Below, one piece after another: positions 54,139-63,073 of a stretch of DNA of 64,000 nt (position 1 is the stretch's first letter; the number at the start of each line of letters is the position of its first letter). The DNA comes from Nitrospirota bacterium (GTDB lineage Bacteria > Nitrospirota > UBA9217), in the NCBI GenBank assembly GCA_963790205.1, contig CAWBNQ010000003.1:128001-192000 (forward strand). The letters run 5' to 3'. The translations under genes were made by a program, and so were the position numbers. Under the pieces are notes generated by a model that saw nothing but the letters and a program-made list of their open reading frames with translations, was not told the DNA's origin and did no database searches.

Positions 54139-54162
54139 ACAAGACCTGACCCTAAGCGCTTT

Positions 54163-54666
54163 CTGTACTCCTCGGTCCGAATGGTGAATCGCGCCGGGAA
54201 GGGGGTTTCTGCTCTGGATCGCCATCCGAAGCGCTGAGAGGCTCAATGCCGTGTCGATATTCCGTGAGATGGTATATCCGATTGCTTTCCGCGAACAGAG
54301 ATCCAGAATAACCGCCAGGTATACGAAGCCGACTGCGATCCGGATATAGGTGATATCGGCAACCCATACCTGATTGAGGCTGGTTACCCGCAGGTCTTTA
54401 GTCAGGTTCGGATATACGGGATAAGGATGGTTTCTGACGAAGCGCCTGGTTTTCTTGACCAGAAGGCCCTTTTCCCGCATGATCCGGTGCACTTTTTTGT
54501 GGTTTACCGGGACAGCTTCCCGATGCAGCTGACGAGTGACTTTCCGATACCCGGCTTTCGGGAACTCTTCGGTGATTTCCTCGATCCGGTTGACCAGGAC
54601 CTGGTCCTCAGGGAGCAGTTCCTGTTTCTTTGAATTATAATAGTAGCTGCTTCGAGGGAGCTTCAT
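54163..54666 (-). pseudogene. IS3 OrfB truncated after HHSDRGVQ
   Basis: WVADITYI, LDLCSRK, HHSDRGVQ; catalytic Glu region absent. Confidence 0.9.
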
Positions 54667-55016
54667 GAGTTCGCACCCCCTCGTGACGGTTTTGATAAGG
54701 TCTCGGTGGTCGGTAATGAACTGCCTTTTTTTTGGGACTGATCGAAGCTCTGATGCAGCGCTTTTTTTAAAAACTCATTTTCCAGGTGAGCTTTTCCGAG
54801 CGCCTGCTCCAACTGGCCGATACGTTCTTCCAAAGCAGCTTCTTTGGCAGAGTCGGCCTCGAAGCTGTTTTTGATAAACTGCTTCCTCCAATGATACAGA
54901 AGCCCGGAGGAAATGCTGTGTCTCCGGCAGAGCTGGGCCGCAGTGCTGACCCCGCTCAAGTATTCTTCAACAACTTGGCGCTTGAATTCGGTACTGAACT
55001 TCCTCTGTTTGCTCAT
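54663..55016 (-). CDS. IS3 OrfA (HTH)
   Basis: RKFSTEFKRQVV, LLYHWRKQ, ENEFLKKA. Confidence 0.85.
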   Translation of the reverse strand: MSKQRKFSTEFKRQVVEEYLSGVSTAAQLCRRHSISSGLLYHWRKQFIKNSFEADSAKEAALEERIGQLEQALGKAHLENEFLKKALHQSFDQSQKKGSSLPTTETLSKPSRGGANS

Positions 55017-55806
55017 GACAAGATCCTTTCTGCCCCTCGGGGCTGAAGATCCTGTCCGACATTCTAACATATTTGTCTAAACGGAGGGGGTCAGTTCAAA
55101 CTCTTCCTTCTAACTTCAATTTACCCCACATCCTGCAGTACTATTCCGAATTCGACTCCGCACTTGATATTACCCGTTTGGGCAGGTATGCAAAAAATAT
55201 TAGTGTTGACAGTAAAATGCAGAAGACTATAATCGATGACGTCCCCCAACGGAAGAACACCCACTCATGCACGCGACATGTATGTAGTACAAATAATTAT
55301 AGAAGTATATTCTAGACCGCCCATGATTGGAGTTAATTTGTGATAAGTCCTGCAAGCAGGGAATTAAAACAAATTCAGGCTAACGACTACGTCAGCAAAG
55401 CCGAAGAAGCAACTCGTAGTAAACGCCACGAGGATGCGGCCACTTATTATTTCCACGCGGCTGAACTCTTCGAGGATATTCAAAGTTTTAAATTAGCAGC
55501 AGAATGCTACAAACATAGTTTTGTCAACAAGTTGTCATCATCTTCGTTGCTTAAGGATAATCCTGATGAAAAATACGTGGGGAACATGGAGTCGCTATAC
55601 GAAAGAGCCAAGGATCCGCATGGGCTTGAACATGCATATGGTTTTATAGAAAAAGTTTGTAGACAGAATTACTTAATAGATTTGTCAGATAAGTTTTATT
55701 TAAAAAAAATGACAGTACGTCAGAATTTATTTAAAAATAAAAACATTATTAAATGGTTGGGCTACTTCGCATGGGGCAAGTCTAGTAGTTATGGGTTGAG
55801 TCTTAA

Positions 55807-57139
55807 CAGTTTGCTGAAAAAGTCCTTTTCAAACGTGATGTAAATGCGTATAGTGGCGCAACGGCAGTTGACAAGGAGGCCACATGCGCGGTGAAAACGA
55901 GATTCAGAGCGGGATGTTCAGTTACTTTTCTCCTGAACAGCGTGTCCCGGCCCAGCATCCTCTGCGGGCGATCAAAGCCCATGCGGATACGGTTCTTGCA
56001 GAGCTTTCGCCGGTCTTCGACTCCATGTACAGCAACATGGGGCGGCCGTCGATCCCGCCGGAGAGGCTGCTGAAATCCCAGCTCTTGATCGCCCTGTACT
56101 CGGTGCGTTCCGAAACCCAGTTCTGCGAAATGGTGGATTATAACATTCTCTTCCGCTGGTTTTTGGATATGGACCTGGAAGAGTCGTCCTTCGATCCCAC
56201 GACGTTCACGAAGAACCGGGATCGGCTTCTGGAACATCGGGTGGCCGTGAAGTTTTTTGATCGTGTGGTTAACATCGCCCGGAAAGGCGGGCTGCTCTCG
56301 GATGATCATTTTACGGTGGACGGCAGCCTTATTGAGGCCTGCGCCAGTCTGAAGAGCTTCCGTCCCAAGGACGAGGACCCTTCGGACCGCCCGACGACGG
56401 ACGATGATCCGGGAAATCCCACGGTGAACTTTCGGGGTGAGAAACGGTCGAACAAGACTCATGCTTCTACCACTGATCCCGAGTCTCGTTTGATGAAGAA
56501 GAGCGCGGGCAAGGAGGCTAAGCTTTCTTTCGGCGCCCATGCCTTGATGGAGAACCGAAACGGCCTGCTGGTCGACATCACCGTTACCCCGGCAACGGGT
56601 GATGCGGAACGGGAGGCGGCCAAGGATATGCTTACCCGTCAGGCGCGGAAACGCGTTAAACCCAAGACCATCGGTGCCGATAAGGGCTACGATACCCAGG
56701 GCTTTGTTGAGGCCATGCGGGGCAGAGAGATCACGCCGCATGTTGCGGCCAACACCGAAAGAAGAGGCGGCTCTGCCATAGATGGACGCACCACGCGGCA
56801 CGAAGGATACAACATCAGCCAGCGAATCCGAAAACGGGTGGAAGAGATCTTCGGATGGCTCAAGAGCATCGGCGGTTTCAGGCGGACACGGTACAAGGGA
56901 AGAGATCGAACCCACCTTCAAGCCTTGTTCGTCGGAGCTGCATACAACCTGCTGCGAATAGTAAATATCCAACGGCGAACTGCGGCTGCTACATAGCAAA
57001 AGCGCAGTAGAATCCCGATAATGGGTGCCGAAAGGCGATCTTGAATGAGCTACAAAGTGTGTCATAGGCTTTGCAGTAGGATAAAAATCAAGCTCCGAAT
57101 AGAATTTTTTAAACTGAAGGCCACTTTTTCAGCGGCCTG
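55807..57139 (+). mobile_element. IS5-family insertion sequence
   Basis: Imperfect TIRs CAG...GCTGAAAAAGT; TTAA duplicated at 55803-55806 and 57140-57143. Confidence 0.9.
55884..56996 (+). CDS. IS5-family transposase
   Basis: GRPSIPPERLL, VDGSLIEA, GADKGYD, RKRVEEIFGW. Confidence 0.93.
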   Translation: MRGENEIQSGMFSYFSPEQRVPAQHPLRAIKAHADTVLAELSPVFDSMYSNMGRPSIPPERLLKSQLLIALYSVRSETQFCEMVDYNILFRWFLDMDLEESSFDPTTFTKNRDRLLEHRVAVKFFDRVVNIARKGGLLSDDHFTVDGSLIEACASLKSFRPKDEDPSDRPTTDDDPGNPTVNFRGEKRSNKTHASTTDPESRLMKKSAGKEAKLSFGAHALMENRNGLLVDITVTPATGDAEREAAKDMLTRQARKRVKPKTIGADKGYDTQGFVEAMRGREITPHVAANTERRGGSAIDGRTTRHEGYNISQRIRKRVEEIFGWLKSIGGFRRTRYKGRDRTHLQALFVGAAYNLLRIVNIQRRTAAAT

Positions 57140-57438
57140 TTAAAAGATGGATTGTCTCAATTTGTTTCATGGCAGCCTTTTATGCCATTATCCTCTTGCC
57201 AGCCCCAATACCAGTGATGGGTTGTATTAGTATCAGCAGCGCATTCCCGCGACGCAGTATAGTCGAGCATATTGTATTCAGTATAATTACACTGGGTCCT
57301 TGGGAATGGACGTCCATTACTCCAATCAATACAGCAGGCTCCTTTATAATATTGCTAAAAGTGCTAGTTGGCTTCTTCTTGTTTGGAATACTTATGGATC
57401 TTCTTAAAAGGCGAATAAACAGGTGATAGGGGAATGCA

Positions 57439-57687
57439 ATGAAGAAATTCAATTACCGTTTGATACTATTTGCTGTTGTTCTTATATGCGGCCTTATCCC
57501 TACATTAGAAGGAGAAAAAGTAACCGTATTGTATTTAGTTACAGCTACTGCATATGCGGTAGTTTTGTCTGCATATAGATTTTTCAATTTATTAGATAAA
57601 TATACCTTATTATGGCAACGCATCGTTCGTTTGCTGATAGATCTTATATTTCTTACTATTTCGGCACTTGAAATTTGTGCACGCTAG
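57439..57687 (+). CDS. Small AT-rich hypothetical membrane protein, possibly truncated by the adjacent element
   Basis: Three hydrophobic segments; TAG abuts the element end. Confidence 0.55.
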   Translation: MKKFNYRLILFAVVLICGLIPTLEGEKVTVLYLVTATAYAVVLSAYRFFNLLDKYTLLWQRIVRLLIDLIFLTISALEICAR

Positions 57688-57705
57688 CAGTTTATGATAA
57701 AAATC

Positions 57706-58749
57706 CTAGAGAAAATTGGGTGACACTTTTCCGTTGATCGTAACGGTAATAAACCCTTTCATCCTCAGCCAGGCCTCGACGGCGATCCGCCAGGCTGCTT
57801 GCGACTGAACACTACCATCACTGCATAGTATATCACCTTGCAAGTTTGTCATCCAGTCATAGGCAGCGCTCCTTTCCCATTTGGTAAACGTTTTTTTGTT
57901 CGTGAAGTACACTTGGCAGGCGTTGCCGCCATGCAGGCACGGACGGGGTTGGTGGTTAAGGTCATGTTCAACCGTCGATGCATATGCCTCCATGTGCTCG
58001 CGCGGACAACTGGACTTATACAAGAGTTTTGCAGCAAGCCCGTTCTTCAGCTCGGTTTGTGCCTCTTCGATCGCGCCGTTGTAGGGCGGATAATGGACTG
58101 GACTGTTCAACGGCAGGACGAAGTAGTCGGCGAGCACAGCATTGACCGCTGCATGATTCAGGTTCGCGCCATTGTCGCGCTTGAGGAACAGAGGCGCACC
58201 GAAGCGATCGAAGGTCGCTGCGAGATAGCCGGATATCTCTTCGCCGCAGGGCACATCTCCCGTCATAGGAGTGAACTTGTAGCGAGACGCGAGGTCCTGC
58301 ATATGGTTCAGGTACACCTTGCCACCGTCTGTGTCACGATGTTTGTATTCACAGGGGTCCATTGACCACGCGACGTTTGGCACGTTCCAGCTGATCCGCC
58401 GCAGATTCTGACGATGGAGTGTATTGAGGTCATGCCTCGCCATAGCGACCATGCTCTGCAGGTCTCGCCGTGACACAGAGGACGCGTGGCTCCCGTATAA
58501 TGCGCCCGTGCCCTGCGTGCGGCTCTGCCCGTGAGACAGCTTTGCGATATCCCCTGTAATCCCCTCAAGATCCGGAGGCTTGACCTTGGGAGGACCCGGT
58601 TGCCGCACGAGGGGCGTGGCGTTCTTCTGTCGCAGACGCCAACGGATAAAGCTCGGGTAGGGGAGCCTCACGGCACTGCAGATCTCCTGGTAGTGCATAC
58701 CGGTTTTCTCTCTCATCCGGTCAACAACGGCAAGCATACTGGTTATCAT
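57706..58749 (-). CDS. Second DDE (rve) transposase-like protein
   Basis: WSMD, QDLASRY, KRDNGANL, NGAIEE, LNHQPRP; stop inside the TIR. Confidence 0.85.
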   Translation of the reverse strand: MITSMLAVVDRMREKTGMHYQEICSAVRLPYPSFIRWRLRQKNATPLVRQPGPPKVKPPDLEGITGDIAKLSHGQSRTQGTGALYGSHASSVSRRDLQSMVAMARHDLNTLHRQNLRRISWNVPNVAWSMDPCEYKHRDTDGGKVYLNHMQDLASRYKFTPMTGDVPCGEEISGYLAATFDRFGAPLFLKRDNGANLNHAAVNAVLADYFVLPLNSPVHYPPYNGAIEEAQTELKNGLAAKLLYKSSCPREHMEAYASTVEHDLNHQPRPCLHGGNACQVYFTNKKTFTKWERSAAYDWMTNLQGDILCSDGSVQSQAAWRIAVEAWLRMKGFITVTINGKVSPNFL

Positions 58750-59126
58750 TTCTTCCTTCGCTTTCGTTTTTTTTCCTCCGACTCGTCAGCTCTTTTTTTC
58801 ACACGGGCATTGTGGAGTTCATACGCGTGCAGCATGTCCCGCACTTCTACCGTTTTCTTAGCGACAAAGAGCTTGTTCTGGAGCTCAGCGATTTGCTCCT
58901 GTAAACGCTGTTTCTCCTCGTCCTGCGGTATACTCGGCCTTCCAGGGGATTTATCCTCCATGGCCTCGGTCATCGCCTGTAATGCCCGGCGCTCCCACTC
59001 GTAGTAGGTCTTCCGCGACACGCCGAGCCTCCGTGCGCCTTCCTCGGCCGTGATCTGGCCGCTGCGCACTGCAAACACCACCGCAGTCCGCTTTCGGGCA
59101 AGCTCCTTGTCTTCTGAGTCGCTCAT
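58746..59126 (-). CDS. HTH plus coiled-coil accessory protein
   Basis: TAEEGARRLGVSRKTYYEWERRA...PGRP; ATGA overlap with the next gene. Confidence 0.8.
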   Translation of the reverse strand: MSDSEDKELARKRTAVVFAVRSGQITAEEGARRLGVSRKTYYEWERRALQAMTEAMEDKSPGRPSIPQDEEKQRLQEQIAELQNKLFVAKKTVEVRDMLHAYELHNARVKKRADESEEKKRKRRKK

Positions 59127-59143
59127 GCACACCGACCTTTCCG

Positions 59144-59539
59144 TTATGGGGTCTCAGCCTTGCGCAGGGGGGAGCTTTCGGGCTTCAGGTCCTTTAGCTT
59201 CTCCGGTTTCCTTGCTTCCTGCGCCTTCGACAGCGTCTTTTCCAGCCTGTTCTGTACCGGGAGCATCAGGCGCTTTTTCTCCAGCATCGTCTGCAGCCGC
59301 GGGCTGAGCGCCGGCCCCTTGTCCAGGATCACCCGGGGTTCCAGAGCCTGGAGCATTCCCTCCATCGCCCGTTTCTGCCACTGGGAGAGCACCATCCACG
59401 GTATCCCCATCTCCCGGCATACTTCCGCCGGCCTCCGCCGCTCCGTCCATATTGAGAGAACCGCCCGGCATTTCTCCATCGCCCCGTGGTTTGTCATCTG
59501 CCGCTTCTTCTCGCTTTTTATCTTCTCCGTTTTTTCCAT
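59144..59539 (-). CDS. HTH-like accessory protein overlapping the transposase tail
   Basis: PAEVCREMGI..VLSQWQKRA; GAAGGGG RBS; resembles the next ORF. Confidence 0.65.
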   Translation of the reverse strand: MEKTEKIKSEKKRQMTNHGAMEKCRAVLSIWTERRRPAEVCREMGIPWMVLSQWQKRAMEGMLQALEPRVILDKGPALSPRLQTMLEKKRLMLPVQNRLEKTLSKAQEARKPEKLKDLKPESSPLRKAETP

Positions 59540-60701
59540 GGCCGGCCCCTTCTTCGTTTAGATTGTAGACTACTTCCTGCGTGGTGTCATCCTCTTCATC
59601 GTCAACCGATAGACGCAGCTTGCCCTTTTCCGCCCGCAGCACTACCGACTGCCCCTCCATGCGGCCCACCATGTAGAACGGCAGCTTGGGCTTCCCGCGG
59701 AGCGCCATCTCGAGGAGATTCTCCTGGATGCCATGCTCGATCGTCTTCCTGAGCTCGCTCTGGATCTCAAAATACCGGTCCGCGGGACACAGGCCGCCGA
59801 TCCCCTGGTGCGGTCGTTTGTGGTTGTAATACTTCACCCACTGCCGTATCCGCTCGGCGGCGTCCTCGAAGCTATCGAACTGCGCTCTGACAAGAAACTC
59901 CAGGTAGATCGTCTTCCAGAACCGTTCGATTTTGCCCAGGGTCATAGGGTGGTGTGGTTGGGATTTGATGTGGTGGATCTTGTCTTTCTTGAGCTCCAGC
60001 TCAAAACGGCTGTGCCCGCGCCAGCTCGTATACTGCCGCCCGTTATCCGTGAGCATCTCTTTCGGCGGGTTGTACTCGGAGGACGCCCGGCGGTATACCT
60101 CGATAACGTTCTGGCCCGTCTGAGTGCGGAAAAGCTCGAGCCCCGTGATGTAGCGGGAGTAATCATCGATGTAGCCGATCAGGTACGCATAGTGGCCGCC
60201 AAGACGGAACGTGAAGATGTCCGTTTGCCACAGCTGGTTCGGCGTTGATCGTTCGAAAAAACGGGGACGGGTGATATTACGCTGACGCTTCTTAGGCGGG
60301 GACTTGATGAGGGATGAATCGTGAAGGGTCTTGCGGACTGTTTCAGGGCTGGCGGAAAGAAAAAACGCCCTCTTTAAAACCTGTGAAATGCGCTTGATGC
60401 CGAAGAGCGGGTTGGCTTCTTTTACCTCGACGATCTTCTGCCTTACCGGAGAAGGAAGACTGCGCCCCTTACCTCTGTAATGCGTTGCGAGCCCCGCTTC
60501 GCCATGACGACGATAGTCGCGCACCCAGCGCCCGACCGTCCCACTGCTCAATCCGCATTCCTGCCGAATCACCGAAGCAGGGACGCTTTCTTCAACAAAC
60601 TTTTTGACGACTTGAAGCTTGAAATCCGGTCCATACCGCTTGCTTCGTTTCGGGAACTTCCTTTTCCTGCCTACTTGCTGTATACTCTTTTCTGGTTTCA
60701 T
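59154..60701 (-). CDS. IS481-like DDE (rve) transposase with HTH and low-complexity tail
   Basis: WQTDIFT, IDDYSRY, LTDNGRQY, GKIERFWKT, YNHKRPHQG. Confidence 0.9.
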   Translation of the reverse strand: MKPEKSIQQVGRKRKFPKRSKRYGPDFKLQVVKKFVEESVPASVIRQECGLSSGTVGRWVRDYRRHGEAGLATHYRGKGRSLPSPVRQKIVEVKEANPLFGIKRISQVLKRAFFLSASPETVRKTLHDSSLIKSPPKKRQRNITRPRFFERSTPNQLWQTDIFTFRLGGHYAYLIGYIDDYSRYITGLELFRTQTGQNVIEVYRRASSEYNPPKEMLTDNGRQYTSWRGHSRFELELKKDKIHHIKSQPHHPMTLGKIERFWKTIYLEFLVRAQFDSFEDAAERIRQWVKYYNHKRPHQGIGGLCPADRYFEIQSELRKTIEHGIQENLLEMALRGKPKLPFYMVGRMEGQSVVLRAEKGKLRLSVDDEEDDTTQEVVYNLNEEGAGHGKNGEDKKREEAADDKPRGDGEMPGGSLNMDGAAEAGGSMPGDGDTVDGALPVAETGDGGNAPGSGTPGDPGQGAGAQPAAADDAGEKAPDAPGTEQAGKDAVEGAGSKETGEAKGPEARKLPPAQG

Positions 60702-60780
60702 GATGACACTCCTTTCAAAACCTAACTTTGGAGTGTCACCCTATTTCCTCAAATCCTTGTTATCATAAACTGGTCGCTAG

Positions 60781-61080
60781 GACAAGTTTAAATTTTGTGC
60801 TGACGGCGCTGATGCGGTCAAACAATTTTCGAATGATATATTTCAGTTAGTAATAGTTGATCTTCATCTTGGCCAAGGAGGTATTCAGGGGCGTGATGTG
60901 ATAGAAGCCATCAGAAAATCACCCAGTGAGGTTCCAATAATCGTTGTAACTGGTACTGAATACCCATTTTATGATCAAGAGAGTCAAGAGTTCAAAAACT
61001 TGAACATACAAAAATACGAAAAGAAACCTATTAAGGCTTCTGAACTTGAAAAGTTGGTGAGAAAACAATTAAATATTTAA
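60781..61080 (+). pseudogene. Response-regulator receiver domain lacking its N-terminus
   Basis: DGADAV..FQLVIVDLHL..G.DVIEAIRK..PIIVVTG..KPI; the first beta-strand and acidic pocket are missing. Confidence 0.75.
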
Positions 61081-61266
61081 GTTGACGTAGTCAGGATTGA
61101 TGTGTACAGGTATTATCAACGAGCTGGGAGCCAAATCGCGAACTTTTGGGGCAACGTAGGGGGAGGTTGATGTATTTAGCGCGAATCACATGACTAGGAC
61201 CAGATTCGCATCGTGACGAGACGGGTCCTTGCTATAAGACCACGGTTTTCCCCGACAGGCTGGATT

Positions 61267-61300
61267 AAAAAGCCCATCGATGTATAGATGGGCTTTTTTT
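61267..61300. terminator. Bidirectional intrinsic terminator
   Basis: AAAAAGCCCATC...GATGGGCTTTTTTT just downstream of the emrB-like gene. Confidence 0.8.
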
Positions 61301-61326
61301 ATTTTGCAAACGAATCCGTGCTTATA

Positions 61327-62865
61327 TCAATGCGCTGCCGGCGGCGGACCAGCGACGTCGGGCGCGGCGCGCTGCATGATGAACACGAGCGGGAGTACGC
61401 AGATGATGAGGGCGCAGATCGTGAGGAACGCGTCGGTAAAGGCAAGGGTCGTCGACTGCCGGATGAGTTCCCGGTACAGCATGCCGTTGGCGGCGCCCGC
61501 GGGAAGGCCCTGTGAACCCAGGAACGCCCCGAGTTTGTCATGCAGGAAGGTGTAGGCCGGGTCGAAGGGAGACAGGTGCTCCACGAGCCTGGCCTGATGG
61601 AACTGGGCGCGCCGCGCAAGTATGGTGGTCGTGAACGCGATGCCCACGCTTCCTCCGAGGTTGCGGAGCAGGTTGTACAGGGAACTGGCCTCGGTCATGT
61701 GCTCCCGGGAAATGTGCGAGAGGGTCATGGTGGTGAGCGGAATGAAGGTGAATCCCATGCCGAGCCCCAGGACCACGCGCGGCCAGACAAAGGTCCAGAA
61801 GTCCGTGGTGAGGTTGAACCGCGACATCATGTACGTGCTGAACGCGCAGATCACGATACCCACGGCCAGGATCCTCTTGGGATTGACCTTGCTGACGAGT
61901 TTGCCGGCTATGGGCATGGCGATCATGGTGGCGATGCCGCCGGGGCCCAGGACGAGCCCGGCGTAGAAGGACGTGTAGCCCATCATCATCTGGAGGAAGA
62001 CCGGGAGCAGCACGATGCTGCCGAAGAGGTTCAGGAACACGAAGAACATCACCGTGGCGCCGCTCGTGAAGGTCCGGTCCTTGAAGAGCTTCAGGTTCAC
62101 AATGGGATGTTCGGAATAATACTCGTTGATCGCAAGCAGGGTAAGGGAGATCGCCGCAATGATGCCGAAGGTCATGATCAGGTTGGAAGCGAACCAGTCC
62201 TCGCTCTCTCCCTTGTCGAGCACGAACTGGAGCGAACCGAGGCCGACGGTAAGGAATATGAGCCCCCAGTAGTCGATCTTGACTTTCTGGCGCTGCATGT
62301 ACGGCGGGTCCTTGATCACGATGACGTTCATGATGATCGAGAGGATGCCGATGGGGATATTGATATAGAAGATCCAGCGCCAGGACCAGGTGTCCGTTAT
62401 CCAGCCGCCCAGAAGCGGCCCGACGATGGGGCCCAGCATGGCGCCCATGCCGAAGATGGCCATGGCCTGGCCGTGCTTTTCCCGGGGAAAGCTTTCGAGC
62501 AGGATGGACTGGCTGATCGGGACGAGCCCGCCGCCGCCGATGCCCTGAAGGATCCTGAAGAACACGAGGCTGTGCAGGCTCCAGGCCGAGCCGCACATGA
62601 AGGAGCTGAACGTGAACAGGGCGATCGAGGCGATCTGGTAGTTCTTCCTGCCGATGAGTCTTGCAAGCCAGCCCGCCATGGGGATGACGATGGCGTTCGA
62701 CACGAGGTAGGCGGTGATGGTCCACGTGGCTTCGTCGTAGCCCGCGGAGAGCGATCCCCTGATGTGTTCGAGCGACACGTTCACGACCGACGTGTCGATG
62801 ATCTCGATCAGCGTGGGGAGCATGACGGTAAAGGCGATGAGGCCGCGGCTTGTTTCTGGTTTCAT
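61327..62865 (-). CDS. emrB: DHA2-family MFS efflux permease (EmrB-like)
   Basis: IDTSVVNVSL, FRILQGIGGG, WRWIFYINIP, RNLGGSVG. Confidence 0.92.
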   Translation of the reverse strand: MKPETSRGLIAFTVMLPTLIEIIDTSVVNVSLEHIRGSLSAGYDEATWTITAYLVSNAIVIPMAGWLARLIGRKNYQIASIALFTFSSFMCGSAWSLHSLVFFRILQGIGGGGLVPISQSILLESFPREKHGQAMAIFGMGAMLGPIVGPLLGGWITDTWSWRWIFYINIPIGILSIIMNVIVIKDPPYMQRQKVKIDYWGLIFLTVGLGSLQFVLDKGESEDWFASNLIMTFGIIAAISLTLLAINEYYSEHPIVNLKLFKDRTFTSGATVMFFVFLNLFGSIVLLPVFLQMMMGYTSFYAGLVLGPGGIATMIAMPIAGKLVSKVNPKRILAVGIVICAFSTYMMSRFNLTTDFWTFVWPRVVLGLGMGFTFIPLTTMTLSHISREHMTEASSLYNLLRNLGGSVGIAFTTTILARRAQFHQARLVEHLSPFDPAYTFLHDKLGAFLGSQGLPAGAANGMLYRELIRQSTTLAFTDAFLTICALIICVLPLVFIMQRAAPDVAGPPPAAH

Positions 62866-63073
62866 GAAGGTTCTTTCATATCAACGGCTAAAAGATGGTT
62901 TGCCGCTGAGGTCTCCGGGGACGCCGAGGAGAAGCTGTTGCGCATGCTGAAGCCTGCGGCTTTCCCCTGACCCAGCCCTCTCCCCGCCGGGAGAGGAGAA
63001 AGGCAAGTCTTCTCTGTGACCTCTTCTGTGGCCGAAGAGTCGTACAGGAACCGGGCCGCCACAGAGGGCTGCT

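Larger units (their letters stand above)
54163..55098 (-). mobile_element. Truncated IS3-family element
   Basis: IRL TGAACTGACCCCC from 55098; orfA/orfB with an A8G slippery tract near 54725; right end missing. Confidence 0.85.
55340..57426 (+). pseudogene. AT-rich ~250-aa membrane protein gene (helical N-terminus, channel-like C-terminus) split by IS5
   Basis: Removing the IS and one TTAA restores the frame ...YGLSL-KRWIVSICFMAAFY... Confidence 0.8.
57688..60772 (-). mobile_element. 3085-bp four-gene DDE element with ~40-bp bipartite TIRs
   Basis: CAGTTTATGATAA-N17/18-GGGTGACACT inverted at both ends; higher GC than the flanks. Confidence 0.85.

Noticed and set aside
55086..55098. GGGGGTCAGTTCA resembling the Y1 repeat
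   Set aside because: Better explained as the IS3 left IR (TG terminus) upstream of orfA
57685..60783. Amber read-through fusion of the membrane ORF with the receiver domain (same frame across TAG)
   Set aside because: A frame match has a 1-in-3 chance, the receiver N-terminus would still be missing, and there is no recoding evidence
61200..61275. Guanidine/ykkC-type riboswitch
   Set aside because: Only short motif resemblance, and no downstream gene on that strand
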